Shown here piece by piece: positions 44,398 through 57,400 of a stretch of DNA of 64,000 bases (position 1 is the stretch's first letter; every line of letters begins with the position of its first letter). Below the pieces are notes generated by a model. It searched no databases. It was not told the DNA's origin and worked only from the letters and a program-made list of their open reading frames with translations. The translations under genes were made by a program, and so were the position numbers. This stretch comes from Gnetum montanum (taxonomy: Eukaryota > Plantae > Gnetophyta): NCBI GenBank assembly GCA_015680685.1, contig MNCI01000825.1, positions 133,625-197,624 on the forward strand. The letters run 5' to 3'.

Positions 44398-47300
44398 TGA
44401 TGAATCATGTTTTTTTTATCTACTCTAATGTCAAGTATCTAATGTTAGAGCCTCAACATCAGGTATCTAATGTTGGAGCCCAGATGCAATGTCAAATATA
44501 TGATGTCGTAGGATATATGCTAGCTTATAAATATAGCACTCAGGCTCATGATTTGCATATCAGTTTTTGTCATATTTAGTGAAGTTCTTGTAGTTTGTTT
44601 TCTCTCGAGTTAGAATATTTTCTGAGTGCCTATAGTAGGAGTCTAAGTGTGCACGGATCTTTGTTCAAACATTGATGTACCTGAGCACAACAATGTGACG
44701 GGAATAAAATGAACCCTTTTGATAATCCTTGTAGCATTGAGAATAGATTAATGTTTCCTTTAATGCATTTTACTTTCATGCACTTTACTTTAATGCATCT
44801 GAATTAAGCAATTAATTTTCAATTGTTAATGAACACAAGCACATCCACTTTGAGCATACATATAGTGCTTGGTAACCCAACAATGCTTAACATTTGGTAG
44901 CCTAGTAGCACTATATGTGTTTAGGATGTGTCCAGGAAAGTCGGATAGGTACTTATGTTAGGCTAGCTAGGTAGTGAATGAATTAGATCTTAAATTATGA
45001 TACCTCTCATTCTTATTGTAGGCGATTAAAGTTATAAAACATAAAATGATAAAAACCATGTACCTCAATTACACTTAAATCATATCCTTGAGTTTCACAA
45101 GTGTAATTGGAAAGACAATGAACATTCATAATGTCCATTTCACTTCCTAGAGGAACTAATCCATTAGAGAACTATAGGTCCACAAAATTTTACCAGATCA
45201 TGTGTGAATGCCTTAGTGATTCATATGGTTGGACAAAGGGGTACCTCGCTACTCATCATTAGTGCCATTGTTGGGGACCTTTTGGTTGTTTCATGTACTA
45301 TCTAAGATTTAGTGGAAATCATTCAAAATCATTGGAATGAACCTTAGAGTCATATCATATTTTATAATTACTACAACACAAATTTCAAAGCATGCTGCAT
45401 TTTTATCATCTAATTGTAAATGTCTTCTTCTCACAGGAGTGCTTCTTTGTTCAAGTTTGATGGGGCTCATCAGCCAATGCCTCAACAATATCAAATAGTA
45501 TATGCTCATTCTAATGAGTATGTACCCAATTTCACCTTCATCCTACATTAGGATGAATAACTGCAGTGCAAGACAGTGATGCCAAGGATTATCGTCCCAC
45601 TAAGGCACAATGTCTTCGAGATCGACAACTAGAACAACACCATGAAAGGAAAAATGACTTAATGATTCTTCATTCATGTTGTACCAACAAGATGGTGAAG
45701 AACCATTCTCTAGGCATTTTTCATTTAGGGAAATTCCTCTCTTTGACTTCGGTGAAAAAGATCAAAACCAGAACTTGTAGTCCACGATTCACAATCCTAG
45801 TTCTAGTAAGAATGGATCCAATGGCAAAGAAGGATCCAATGGCAAAGAAGGATCCAAAGGAGTAAGTCAAGGTAGGGATGTAGAAAAAAAACAAAATCAT
45901 GATCATGGTCGTAATTGTCGAAGAGGTGGTAGCAGGCACCATGATGGTGTTAGTCCTTCTTCCTCTTCATCTTCGTCATCATCTTCTTCTTCTTCTAGCT
46001 CTAATCGTAATCGTAGGATGCAAAATCATGATGGAGGTGACCAAAATGACCGAAAAGACAGAAATGATCGAAGGGACCATCGGGAAAAGCAAGATCAATG
46101 GCATAGACATTTAAGAGAGGTACATCACCATGAATGAAGGGGTAGTAAAGGGCATCGTAGGCACCATGATCATGGCCTCAATGAGCCTTTGCTTGCTTCT
46201 CGAAGTATGCTTAACATTACAAAGGTAGTACAAATTCTAATAAGGCATGTGAAGGATAGTTGAATCAAAAGGCTAGACATGAAAAATATTCCTTGGTTTC
46301 AAGGAAGATATAACTTTGATCTGCAGAATCATCTTCAAGCTTTTCAAGATGCATGTGCCTTATAGAACATAGAGAATGAGTGGCAAAAACTTAAGTTATT
46401 CCCAAGCACACTCATCAAAGAAGTAGAGAATTAGTATCGGTCCTTAGAGTTGGAATCTATTAGACAATGAAGTACCATGCTTAAGTTGTTTAATGATAAA
46501 TATCAAACATACTCCAGAGTGTCCAACTTGAGAAAGAAAATCCAAGGATGGAAACAAGGAATACATGAACCCTAGGATGTTGCCATTGGCTAATACTATT
46601 CCTTAATGCACAAATGTCCTAGCCATGATTATTCTCAACTAGATCAACTTTGCCACATTGTATATGGGATTCAATCAGAAATGAGGAGAACCCTTGGTAT
46701 CTATGCCCAAGGGTGGTTATCAGAATTAAGTACTCGTTAGATACAAAGACTAATCGAGTAGGTAGCCAAAGAGGAGGGTGAATTAAGAAAAAGAGAAAGT
46801 GTAGAAGAATATAATTGTGATCCTTCCATTCGTAAGAGGGAGGTCCAATTCTATGATAGTGAGGAATAATTTGCACCTAATGAGGTGGTGAATAGAAAAA
46901 CCTTGCCCCTCCAAAAATTTCAATATGAAATTATGATCAAGGTTGATCAGTTTTGGAACTCCATGGATAGTAGATTTTAGGTTATCCTAAAAATTGTTAA
47001 AGAGTCCAAAGAATAAGGTAGTGATTGTGAGTGCAAGAGGTGCAAGGAAGTTGAACATGCATATCAAAAAGGTAAGGGCAAGATTGCTGCAATAGAGGAA
47101 GTTGTGAAAAGCAAATGAAATGATGATGGTGGGTGTTACATCTACCAGTATGTACATCTTAAGGGATGTTACCCCATAGTGTCACATTTACAAGAGTCTG
47201 GGGTGTATGCTTTGAATCCATAACTAATACAAAGGTAAACATCTAGAAGATTACCTTATCCTTAAGGTAATTCTAGGTAGTTCCACTAGCAATAGCAATA

Positions 47301-50300
47301 TTATCCCAGTGGAACTTCATCGTAACCATATGAGCAGTATCAATGGTGGGCAGCAACCACAATCATGGGCGTTGGCACCACCATGGCAGCAATACCCTTA
47401 TAGATAACCTGATTCATATAGATACTATGTTTAGCAACCCTTGTCTCCATGTGACTCCTCCAGTCATGTTTCTAATTTTCAATCTCACTACCACCCTTAT
47501 GATTATTATTGAACTCATTCTCCACATGAAAGAAGGGATGCCACTTTTTATCCTTATCCCCCTCTTGTCCCTGCACATGTTCCTCCTCCAACTGCACAGC
47601 TACCACCTACTTCATCTATGCAGGGTGAACTACTAACTCAACCACAACAACGCAATGCTAGTAGGGCTATTAGTCTACAATTGGATCATCAACCAAGTGG
47701 GTTAAATACTCAATCAAAGAAAAGACCTTTCTTTCAACCCTGTAGTCCACCTTAGCCCTTAAATACACCCATGGTTGACAACTCTATCCCTCCATCTTCC
47801 TCTATATCAAATTCCTTTAAGTCCCCTTCAAATCAAAATCCACCTAGGATCCATACTGTGATGTTTACTCACACTATATGTGATTAGATCCCTATTGAAA
47901 ACCTTCCCTAGAAATTAGCCCATCCTAGAAGTCCTCTCACTTATTTGTAGATTGTTGGGAATGAACCATGCAAAGCTCTTCTTGACTTAGGTTCTAGTGA
48001 TTATTTAATTTCTTATGAGATGTACACTACATGGAACTTGTCTCCTCTCAAGAAGAGCAATATCAAATTAGAATTTGCAAATTAGTCCATCACTGTTCCA
48101 TTAAGATTGGTAGAAGACATTGTGACCACTGTTTGTGGGTGCTCTTATCTTACTGATTTCCTAGTGATCAAGGTGGAGAACTACAAAGCAGATTTCCATA
48201 AATCATCATGGGAAGAGCATGTCTTAGCACCATTGATGCAAGAATGGGCATCAAAGATCTTTCCCTGGAAATATCCAAAGAAACTGCATTCAAAAAGATT
48301 GAGAAGAAGTGAGTTCCATGTATTGCATACAACGGTACAAGGTGCAATTGTGTGCAAAAACTCTAGGCCGTGAAACAAGCATCTATCTCTGCATGCAAGT
48401 AGTGTGCACTAAAAGTAGAAATCCAAAGGTGTCTGTATGTAGTAGCCATAAAATAGGAGGGCACCCAGTGGCTGATCGCTGATTCTAAGAGTAGTACACT
48501 TTGCAAGGACCTAACTGAGAGCCTGACATGCACATATGTCATAGGCATGGATGAAATAGAGTAAGTTCATCACCAACTCTTTGATGATGCAAATGAAGAT
48601 GCTTATTGGGGAGAGTTGGAAATTCTTGAAAATTTTAAGCAATAGCCCCTAGAACTAAAAATGCTACTAGCCAGAATGGCATATGTGTTTTTAAAAAATC
48701 GGAAGCTAGTCATAATCAATGCAAATATTGCTTTAGAGCAGGAAAAGATGTTGTTGAATGTAGTTGAAAAATGGTTAGTAGCTTTTTCTTGATCATATCC
48801 TAAACTCATGGGGATTGATCCTAGGATATTCTAGCATCGTATCTACATTGATCCGGCCATGAAGTTAAAGAGATAGCCATAGAGGTGATTGAACCCCAAA
48901 TTGAAGTAGGTCATCAAAGAGGAAATTGAACAACTCCTCAAGGTGGGGTTCATTTATCCCATTGTGGATAGTGAGTGGGTTAGCCCACTTGTGATTATGC
49001 CAAAGAAAGAAGGCAAGTGGTGGGTTTTCATCGATTTTTGGCTACTAAATATGGCAACATTCAAGGATAATTTTCTATTGCCATTTGTTGATCAGGTGTT
49101 AGACACCATATATGGGCATTGCTACTACAGTTTTCTAGATGGGTATAGTGGCTGTAACCAAATTCAAATTGCACTAGAGGACCAGGTGAAGAAAACATTT
49201 ACGAATCCTAGGGGGACTTTTGCATATTGCAAGATCTCGTTTGGTCTATGAAATGCTCCTGTTACATTCCTACACCTGGTTCTGAGCATTTTTCAATAGC
49301 AAATTAGAAGTGGTGTGGAAGTCTTCATGGATGACTTCTTCACTTATGGAGCTACATTTGAGCAAGCCTTGGACTACCTTGAGCAAGTGCTAAAACAGTG
49401 TGTTGAAACCAACTTGCAGTTCACTTGGCAAAAAATTTACTTAATGGTTCAAGAAGGCATTATACTGGGGCATAGAGTATCACAAGAAAGAATTGAGGTA
49501 GACATTGAAAAAATAAGGGTCATCCAAGGAATGACCCACCAACCAGAAACTGTCAAAGATGTTTGATCATTCCTTGGGCATACTAGCTACTACCAGTGAT
49601 TCATAGAGAATTTCTATAAGATCATAAAGCTATTGGTGGAGTTGATAAAGAAAGATGCTTCATTTGTCTGGACCACGAAATGTGAAAAAGCATTCCAATA
49701 GCTAAAAGAAAAACTTGTAGAAACTCCAATCCTACAAGCACCTGACTGGTTCAAACCATTTCATGTCATGGTGGATGCATCCAATTATGCCTTGGGAGAC
49801 GTGCTTACATAAATGAATGATAAGAAATATCCATATTACATCCATTGCACTAGCAGAAGCATTGTGGGTGCACAACTAAACTACACCACTACAAAAAAAA
49901 GAATTGATGGTATTGGTGTTTGCTCTAGAAAAGTTCAGGCATTATGTGCTTGCATATAAGGTGTTTGTGCACATGGATCATAGTGCCATCTGCTTCCTAA
50001 TGAACAAGCCAACGGTGAGTCCCCATGTCATACGGTGGTCGGTGATCTTGTAGGAATTCAATCTTATGATGGTAGATTGAAAGGGCACTGAGAATGTGAT
50101 CACTGATCACTTGCCTTGGTTGCGATGGGACAACAAAGAGGAAGAAAATCCACTATTTGATATGTTTCCTGATGAACTTCTCTTTGTTGGGGCTATAACT
50201 AAACAATTGCCCAATGAGCCTAAATGGTATGACAACATTCTCACCTATCTTCTCACCCAAGAGATGCCACAAGGGTTGGACCACTAGAAGAAATAATAGC

Positions 50301-53300
50301 TTCTTCACCAAGTAAAACACTTCATGGAGATCAATGGACACCTCTACAAGGTGTGCTCTAATGGCTTGGTTCGTTGGTGTGTCTCTGCTATCAATCAACT
50401 GTACATTCTCCAAGACACTCATGAAGGTCTGTCACTATGTTTGGAGATGCATAGTCATTAAAATCCTGATGGCAGGGTACTATTGGCCAAAAATATTCAT
50501 GGATGCTTACCATTACATCCACTCTTATGAACAATGCCAACAAGATGGTGGAATGACTACTCAAATGGAGGAACCTCAGCAATGGATTCAACCACTAGAA
50601 TCCTTCAACATCTAGGACACTGATTTCATGGGTTCCATCACATCCATGTCAAATGGAAAGGCATACATCATAGTCATTATCACTATTTTACAAAATGGGT
50701 AAAGTAGTAGTCATCATCGATTATACATCTTCTACTGCTATTCAGTTTGTACAACAAAATGTTGTAAATAGGTTTCGTGTGCCATGTGCATTAATTTTTG
50801 ATAATGGAACTCACTTTATAGGCACTACTTTTCAAAAGCTCATGCAATGGTTGGGGTTGAACATAAATTCAAAACACATTATCACCCCCAAGCCAATGGT
50901 CAAGCTAAGGTTGCCAATAGGGAAATCACAAGGATTCTAATGAGAACTGTTATCAAATATAGGAAAGATTGGAGCATAAAACTCAATGATGTCCTTTGGG
51001 CCTACCGCTCAACATGGAAACTTCCTATAGGCTATTCTCCCTATGAGCTTGTGTATGGAAAATTACCAACACTTCCTATTCAATTCTAGCTCCATACACT
51101 TTTAATAGCCTATGACCTCGACCTTAACTTGAGTCTAGCACAAAAAGAAAGACTAATGAATCTCAACTTGCTAGATGAAAATCAATTGGTGGCCCTATCA
51201 TCTAATGAGTTGCACAAGGCCTACAACAAAAAGCAGCATGACCTTAAAATCAAAAAAGAAGAAGTCAAATTTCAACTAGGAGATAAGGTTCTTTATTGGA
51301 ACCCCACACACGTAGCTCAATGAACTAAGTTCTAAACGTTGTGGGAAGGACCTTACATCATTTACAAAACTTTTCCTTTTGGGACCATGATGATCTACAA
51401 ACCTAAGAGCCCAAACAAGAAATAGTTAGTCAACATCCAACAAATCAAACCTTTCCATGAGCATAAGTTAGCTAATACAACAAACGCCTCATCATATGAA
51501 CAACCATGCTCCATATTTTGGATCTCCTCCTTTCAACCTAGTTGTGGGGGAGATGGCCATCCATGCTAATCATATAAGCAGCTCAGTTTTTCAACTTTTT
51601 GTTTTACACATTTTTTGTTTTACAACTTTTTTTTTACACCTTCTTTATTCTACATCTTATTGTTTTCATGTTATTAATCTTTTCTAATTTTTTTTACACC
51701 ATCATTACTACATTTGCTATTTCTTGAAAATTTTACACTTTCTTTTCTATTTTCTTTTATTTCATTTTTGTGTGATTTTCTAACTTTTTGTTAATAAGTG
51801 CTAGGTACAGTGGTAATGCATTGCTTGATGGTGGCATGTATTATTTTGTTATTTGATTGTTGGTGTCTAGATTCTAGCTTTGAATTTCATTATGGATGAT
51901 TAGGACATGGTTTCTTTTTCATGCAACAAGTAGTGAGTCCACAACATCCACCCATCCACAAACTCTATGGATTTCCTTGTTTTGGAAACTTGCAATCCCT
52001 TTTTCATTAACAAAAATTAACAAATTTGTGACTTTGGTAGTTTCCAAAATTGGAAAGGATTCAAAGGTTTGAACATGGTGTGACTTAAAGGGGATTCGGT
52101 ATTCTTTGCACCTTTTGTTTGCCTGGGTGCATGTGTGTTTTCATGGATTTCTTATCGTTCCATGTTGACTAATAAAACAAAGTTGAATAATTCTTTGCAT
52201 GGTGTGGTTATCATAAAAAAAAACAATGGGAATTCAAAGCACATCCCTTAGACAAAATAAATACATACATCTTTGCATGGTGTGGTTTCCATTTCAAAAA
52301 AAAAATGTGGGAATTCAAAGCACATCCCTTAGACAAAATAAATGGGCTATAAGCACTGGTTATGGGATTAGAAAGACATGTTACCCATGCTTGAAGGTCC
52401 CCTCTAACTAAGGCCCTTCCTCACTTCTTACTTCTCTTTTCTTCTTTAATAGAAATTGGTGGTTGTTCTGTGGGAGCACTCTTGTGTCTTAAGGGGATNA
52501 AATTGGTGGTTGTTCTGTGGGAGCACTCTTGTGTCTTAAGGGGATGGACTGGTCTTAGCATGGTGATGTGAAGTTACTGAACAAGGTCGGTTTTAGTTTG
52601 GACTAATAATGTATCTTATCAAAGTCATTTAACCATAAAATTCACAAGGGACTTCATGTCACCTTAACCAGGAGCTTCATTCCACTCTCTCTCATCCACC
52701 TATACTTTCCATGTCTCACTTCACTACTGGTTTCATGTTCTTGTTTAATGTCCTAGTTTGATGTGTTGGAATTCTTAGGTAGTTTCTTCTAGGTTTTTGT
52801 ACTTAACCTTCCATAACCATTAATCATTCATAGAACCCACAGACTCTTTGATTTGAAGTTATGCAAGGGCATAAAAGGCTTGTGCCTACCTTGGGGAGGA
52901 CCGACTTGCATATCTTTGGTTAGGTTAGTTAAGTTTTTTACCCTTAGACACTCTTACAATCAAATCCTTTTGTTTACCTCATTAATGACATCCAATTATG
53001 CACATCTTCACAACAGTTTTCAGTGAACCTTTTTTTTTATTGTTGTGAATTCTTACACCCTCTTCAAATATTTCCTTGTGTAGAACTTTTTTAAATTTAA
53101 TGAACTGCTTATCTATTTTACCCTATTTATCAGCCTTCCCCCTAACACTACTAAAGGAATCAACCTACCACAATCACAACCTAGCTAAGTGTACCCACAA
53201 ATGAGACAAGGCATTTAACAACTATGTATTACACATTGCATACTAATTGATGATTCTATTATGATTGCAATGGGAAGCATGGACTAGAAGAGGGACTATC

Positions 53301-54422
53301 TTCACCAAGGATGATGTAGCAACACCTTATGATAAGGATCATTCATGATCGTTGAATCTTCTCCCTCATTCTTTAGCTACCAAGAGGCATTGGATGTCAA
53401 TTTTATCCAGGGTGTTCACTTCTCTTATCATGAACATCCAATTTTGTAAAGATTGTAAATATGTACACTTGGGCACTTAGAGTTTATTTATTCCATCTAA
53501 GTCAGTTTGTATGTTAGTTAATAATCTCATACATTTCAGATATTTTGTAAGGAACTTGTTCTCTCTTCTTCACTCGAGGACAAGTTTTCATTTAGTTGTG
53601 GGGTTATGATGAATCGTGTTTTTTTTGTTTTCTCCAATGTTGGGTATTTGATGTTAGAGCCTAGATGTGATGTCAGATATCCAATGTCACAGGATATATG
53701 CCAGCCTATAAATATAGTGCTCAAGCTCACGATTTCCATATTAGTTTTTTTCATAGTTAGCAAAGCTCTTGTAGTTTGTTTCCTCCAGACTTAAAATATT
53801 TTCTAAGTGCCCACAACAAGAGTCTAAGTGTGTACGAATCTTTATTTAAACACTAATGTACCTAAGTGTAGTAGTGTGACAAGAATAAAATGAACCCTTT
53901 TGATAATCCTTGCAGCATTGAGAATAGATTAATGTTTTCTTTAATGCACTTTACTTTTATGAACTTTACTTTAATGCATTTGAATTAAGCACTTAATTTC
54001 CAATTCTTAATGAACACAAGCATGACCACTTCGAGCATATATATAGTGCTTGGTAACCCAACAATGCTTAATGTTTGGTAGCCCAACAACACTATATGTG
54101 TTCAAGATGTGTCTAAGAAAGTGGGATGGGTACTTGTGTTAGGCTAGCTAGGTAGTGAATGAATTAGATCTTATTCTTGTTGTAGGTAATTAAAGTTATA
54201 AAACATAAAATGATAAAAATCATGTACCTCAATTACACTTAAACCATATCCTTGAGCTTCACAAGTGTAATTGGGAAGACAATGAACATTCTCAACATCC
54301 ATTTCAATTCCTAGAGGAACTAGTGCACTGGAGAACTATAGGTCCACGGAATTCAACTGAATTGGGTGTGAATGCCTTAGTGATTCGTATGGTTGGACAA
54401 AGGGGTACCTCACTGCTCATCA
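44398..54422 (+). mobile_element. Full-length decayed Ty3/gypsy (Athila-like) retrotransposon C; LTRs 44398-45258 and 53607-54422
   Basis: TG..CA LTR pair. TSD ATAAT at 44393-44397 and 54423-54427. PBS TTAGTGCCATTGTTGGGGA, a decayed TGGCGCCGTTGCCGGGGA. Gag, protease (ALLDLGSS), RT (DSEWVSP..FLDGYSG..VFMDDF), RNase H, integrase (HPQANGQ..LWAYRS), and CTCGAGGAC..GGGGTTA before the 3' LTR. Confidence 0.95.
47950..51470 (+). pseudogene. Ty3/gypsy pol pseudogene (PR-RT-RNase H-INT) of element C
   Basis: ORF fragments 48943-49251, 49315-49566, 50695-50940, 50847-51089 and 51129-51323 carry RT and integrase motifs in gypsy order. Confidence 0.92.
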
Positions 54423-57400
54423 ATAATAAAAATGTTTCTAGGTATATAATAACTTAAATAAAATTTTGTACAATTTACTTGATTTACGTTGCAAACACTT
54501 AATGATAAATTATAACTTCTACAGAAATAAATTGATAAAGTCTAGGTACACTACTTGATGAGTGATGAGGTACCCCTACATGCAACCATATGAATCATTA
54601 AGGTGTTCACATGCGATCTAGTCAATTTCTGTGGATTCCTAGTGTTCTCGTATACATGATTCAATCTAGAAGGTGTATCTAATCAAGGAATGATTGTTGT
54701 CTTTCCAACTATACTTGTGAGGCTCAATTGTATGGTTAAGTGTAATTGAAGCACATGATTTTTATGATTTTGTATTTTGTTTGCCTAAGGTTGGTAATAT
54801 ATTGAAAATAAATTAATTAACTAATTCTACTAATTAATTTCTAATTAATAACTAACTATCCTAACATAAGCATCTAGTCCCACTTCCTATACACATCTTG
54901 AACATGTACAACACTGCTAGGTAGCCAAGCCTTAATGCTATTGGGATTACCAAGTGTTATACATATGCTTAAAGTGGTCGTACTTATGTATGCTAGTCTA
55001 TTTAGCTTAATTAATTAATTACTTAAAGTCTTAATCATCTTAGCTTAATTAATCACTTAGTTAATGAAAATAATAAATGAATAAATAAATCATTAAGCTA
55101 GTCCAAGTGTTACAAGGTTTATCAAAAAGCTCATCTTTATTGCCACATACACTGTGGTTCTCAGGTACAATAATGCTCGAATAAAGATTTTTATACTCCT
55201 TAATTCTTTCTATAGGAACTTAGAAAACTATTCTCTATTACAGAAACAACTATAAGAATTTTGCTAGTAATTGAAATTCTAACTCTTCATTAACATGATT
55301 GGGGTGTCGTATTTATAGACCTACTAGGGTGCCACGTTGATAGGTACACGTCAACGTGGGAAATCCTACGTCAACGAGATCTCATCGATGGGGTCACATC
55401 AATGGCATCTCGTGGATGCGATTGACTGATAACACTTTATCATAACCCCAAAAATGAATGAAAACTCATCCTTGAGTTCTTAACAAAATTGGAAAGGTAT
55501 GGGGTTATTGACTGACACATGACACAACAAAACAAAACTAAGTGCTCGAGTGTAGGGATTCACATTAATTGCAAAATTATGGTGTTCATGACACAAAATT
55601 GAACACCAAAACATGACTAAACAAAATTGCACATCCTTTGATGGGGTGAAGAAAGTTGAAAAGATCAAACGGTCCTAGGTGATGAAGGTTTCAAATGACC
55701 TTCTCTTACTTTGAATGCACATGGTGGTTGAGGTGGTTGTGACTATTCTCCTGTAGCTGCCACTTCTAGTGGAAGGTGAAAGGCATCAAACAATGCATTC
55801 ATCTTCTCCTCCTTGCTTCAGGAATCATTCATAGTTCACATGACATCACTAATATGGGTGGGAATGGTGATATCCACAAACAAGGCATTATTGGCAATAG
55901 CTTCTTCACATTGATAAACCAGGTAGCAAATTGCTTGCATTCGATATCAAACACTTTGAGTGCATTCTACAACTTCTCATAGTCATTCATCCTCTTGGTC
56001 AGGTTCTTGGTACTTGATCCTTAATTAGTGAACTTCACCTTGAGAACCTCAAGTGCTGCATTTGCCACTACAAGCTTCTGCTTGGTGTCCTTCTAGTTCT
56101 TGAACTTTGCATCTTACAAGTACAAGTTGGCTACTTGTTTCTCCAATTTAGACCATGGCCATTCGATAGTCAGCATAGCTAGAGTTGCATATCGAAGATT
56201 AGCAAGCACCATGTATTCTATCATCTCCTCAATCTATAACTCCTTCATGCATATCTTTGCTTTGTTGTAGGCATCTATCCTATCAATGATAGGTTGCCAA
56301 ATCTCTCTTCCTTTCTGGAGTTTTTGGAGGGTCTCATTTACATTTTCCTTTGCTAACTGGATGTGTTTTTCATTAACTTCTTTCTGTAGATCGACCTGAT
56401 CTCTGTAGTGATTTTTGACTCTCTCAAATTTGAAATCCTCTAATTTCTAGGTTGCTACTTTGAATGCAATCTTTTGGCAAAGAGCATGAATCTCCTCCAT
56501 GGAAAGTTTTTTGTTTTCTATTGCCAATCTCCTTAGCTCAGTGTTCACTCTAGCTAGCTACTCTTGCTATTGATGGATAAAATCTACCATTTGCTATTTT
56601 TGTGCATCAACATTTCATAGGCAATGATTCTTTGTAGTCAATTTGTACATTCTCCTGGAAAGTTTAATCCAAGACCTTTTGAATTTTATGTTCCGTGGCC
56701 TCTACCAAGGATTGATAGAACACTACCATCTCCATCACACCCTTAACCCCTTTCAATCTTGTGTGAAGCTATTCAAGAGCTTCATCCTTTGTTAATGCAG
56801 GGTTGAGGAATGTAGAGTTAGCAATTTGGGCTCTTAGTTTAGCAGCCTCCGTAGCCAAGCATTCATGTAGTTCTTTGGCTATTTTGAGTTGCCCCTCCAA
56901 AATGATGTTCTTATTCCTTGCTTCCAACAACTCCAACTGGGTTGCAGTTATGTTATCTGGAAGATCAAAGACATCCCACTAGTCAGTCTAGTAATTGTTC
57001 ATGCTATGCTACACTCAACTTGCCACTTACTATCCCTACAAATGTCTACACATCTTTAAGTGTAAAAACATTTAGTATAGATGTCTTAGATGCATTTAGA
57101 GTTTTAGAAATTCTATTAGCATCCACCTTTGTTGCTGTCTCCTACCCTTGGTGCTACATCACCAAAACTATTGTTCCCTCATCCTCCTCCAAGTGCACTA
57201 AAAAAGTAGTATCATTCTTAGAGATTTCTAGGAATTATTACTATTGCAAGAGGGGAACCGTTACCTCGTAGATGCTAGGATTTGATCTTGCAGGAAATTC
57301 CATTCTTTGTGTCAAAAAAATTGGTCCTCCTCCCTCCATTTGGCTAACTATTCTAGCCACTTTATTCATGTGACTCATCACTAGCCAGTACATAGATGGA

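Noticed and set aside
45830-45860. 18-bp tandem repeat (GGATCCAATGGCAAAGAA) and nearby low-complexity ORFs
   Set aside because: Ordinary slippage in the low-complexity region upstream of the gag core of element C.
52453-52546. Exact duplication of about 46 bp on either side of a single N
   Set aside because: Typical unmerged contig overlap at a scaffold join; the homologous region of element D has one copy.
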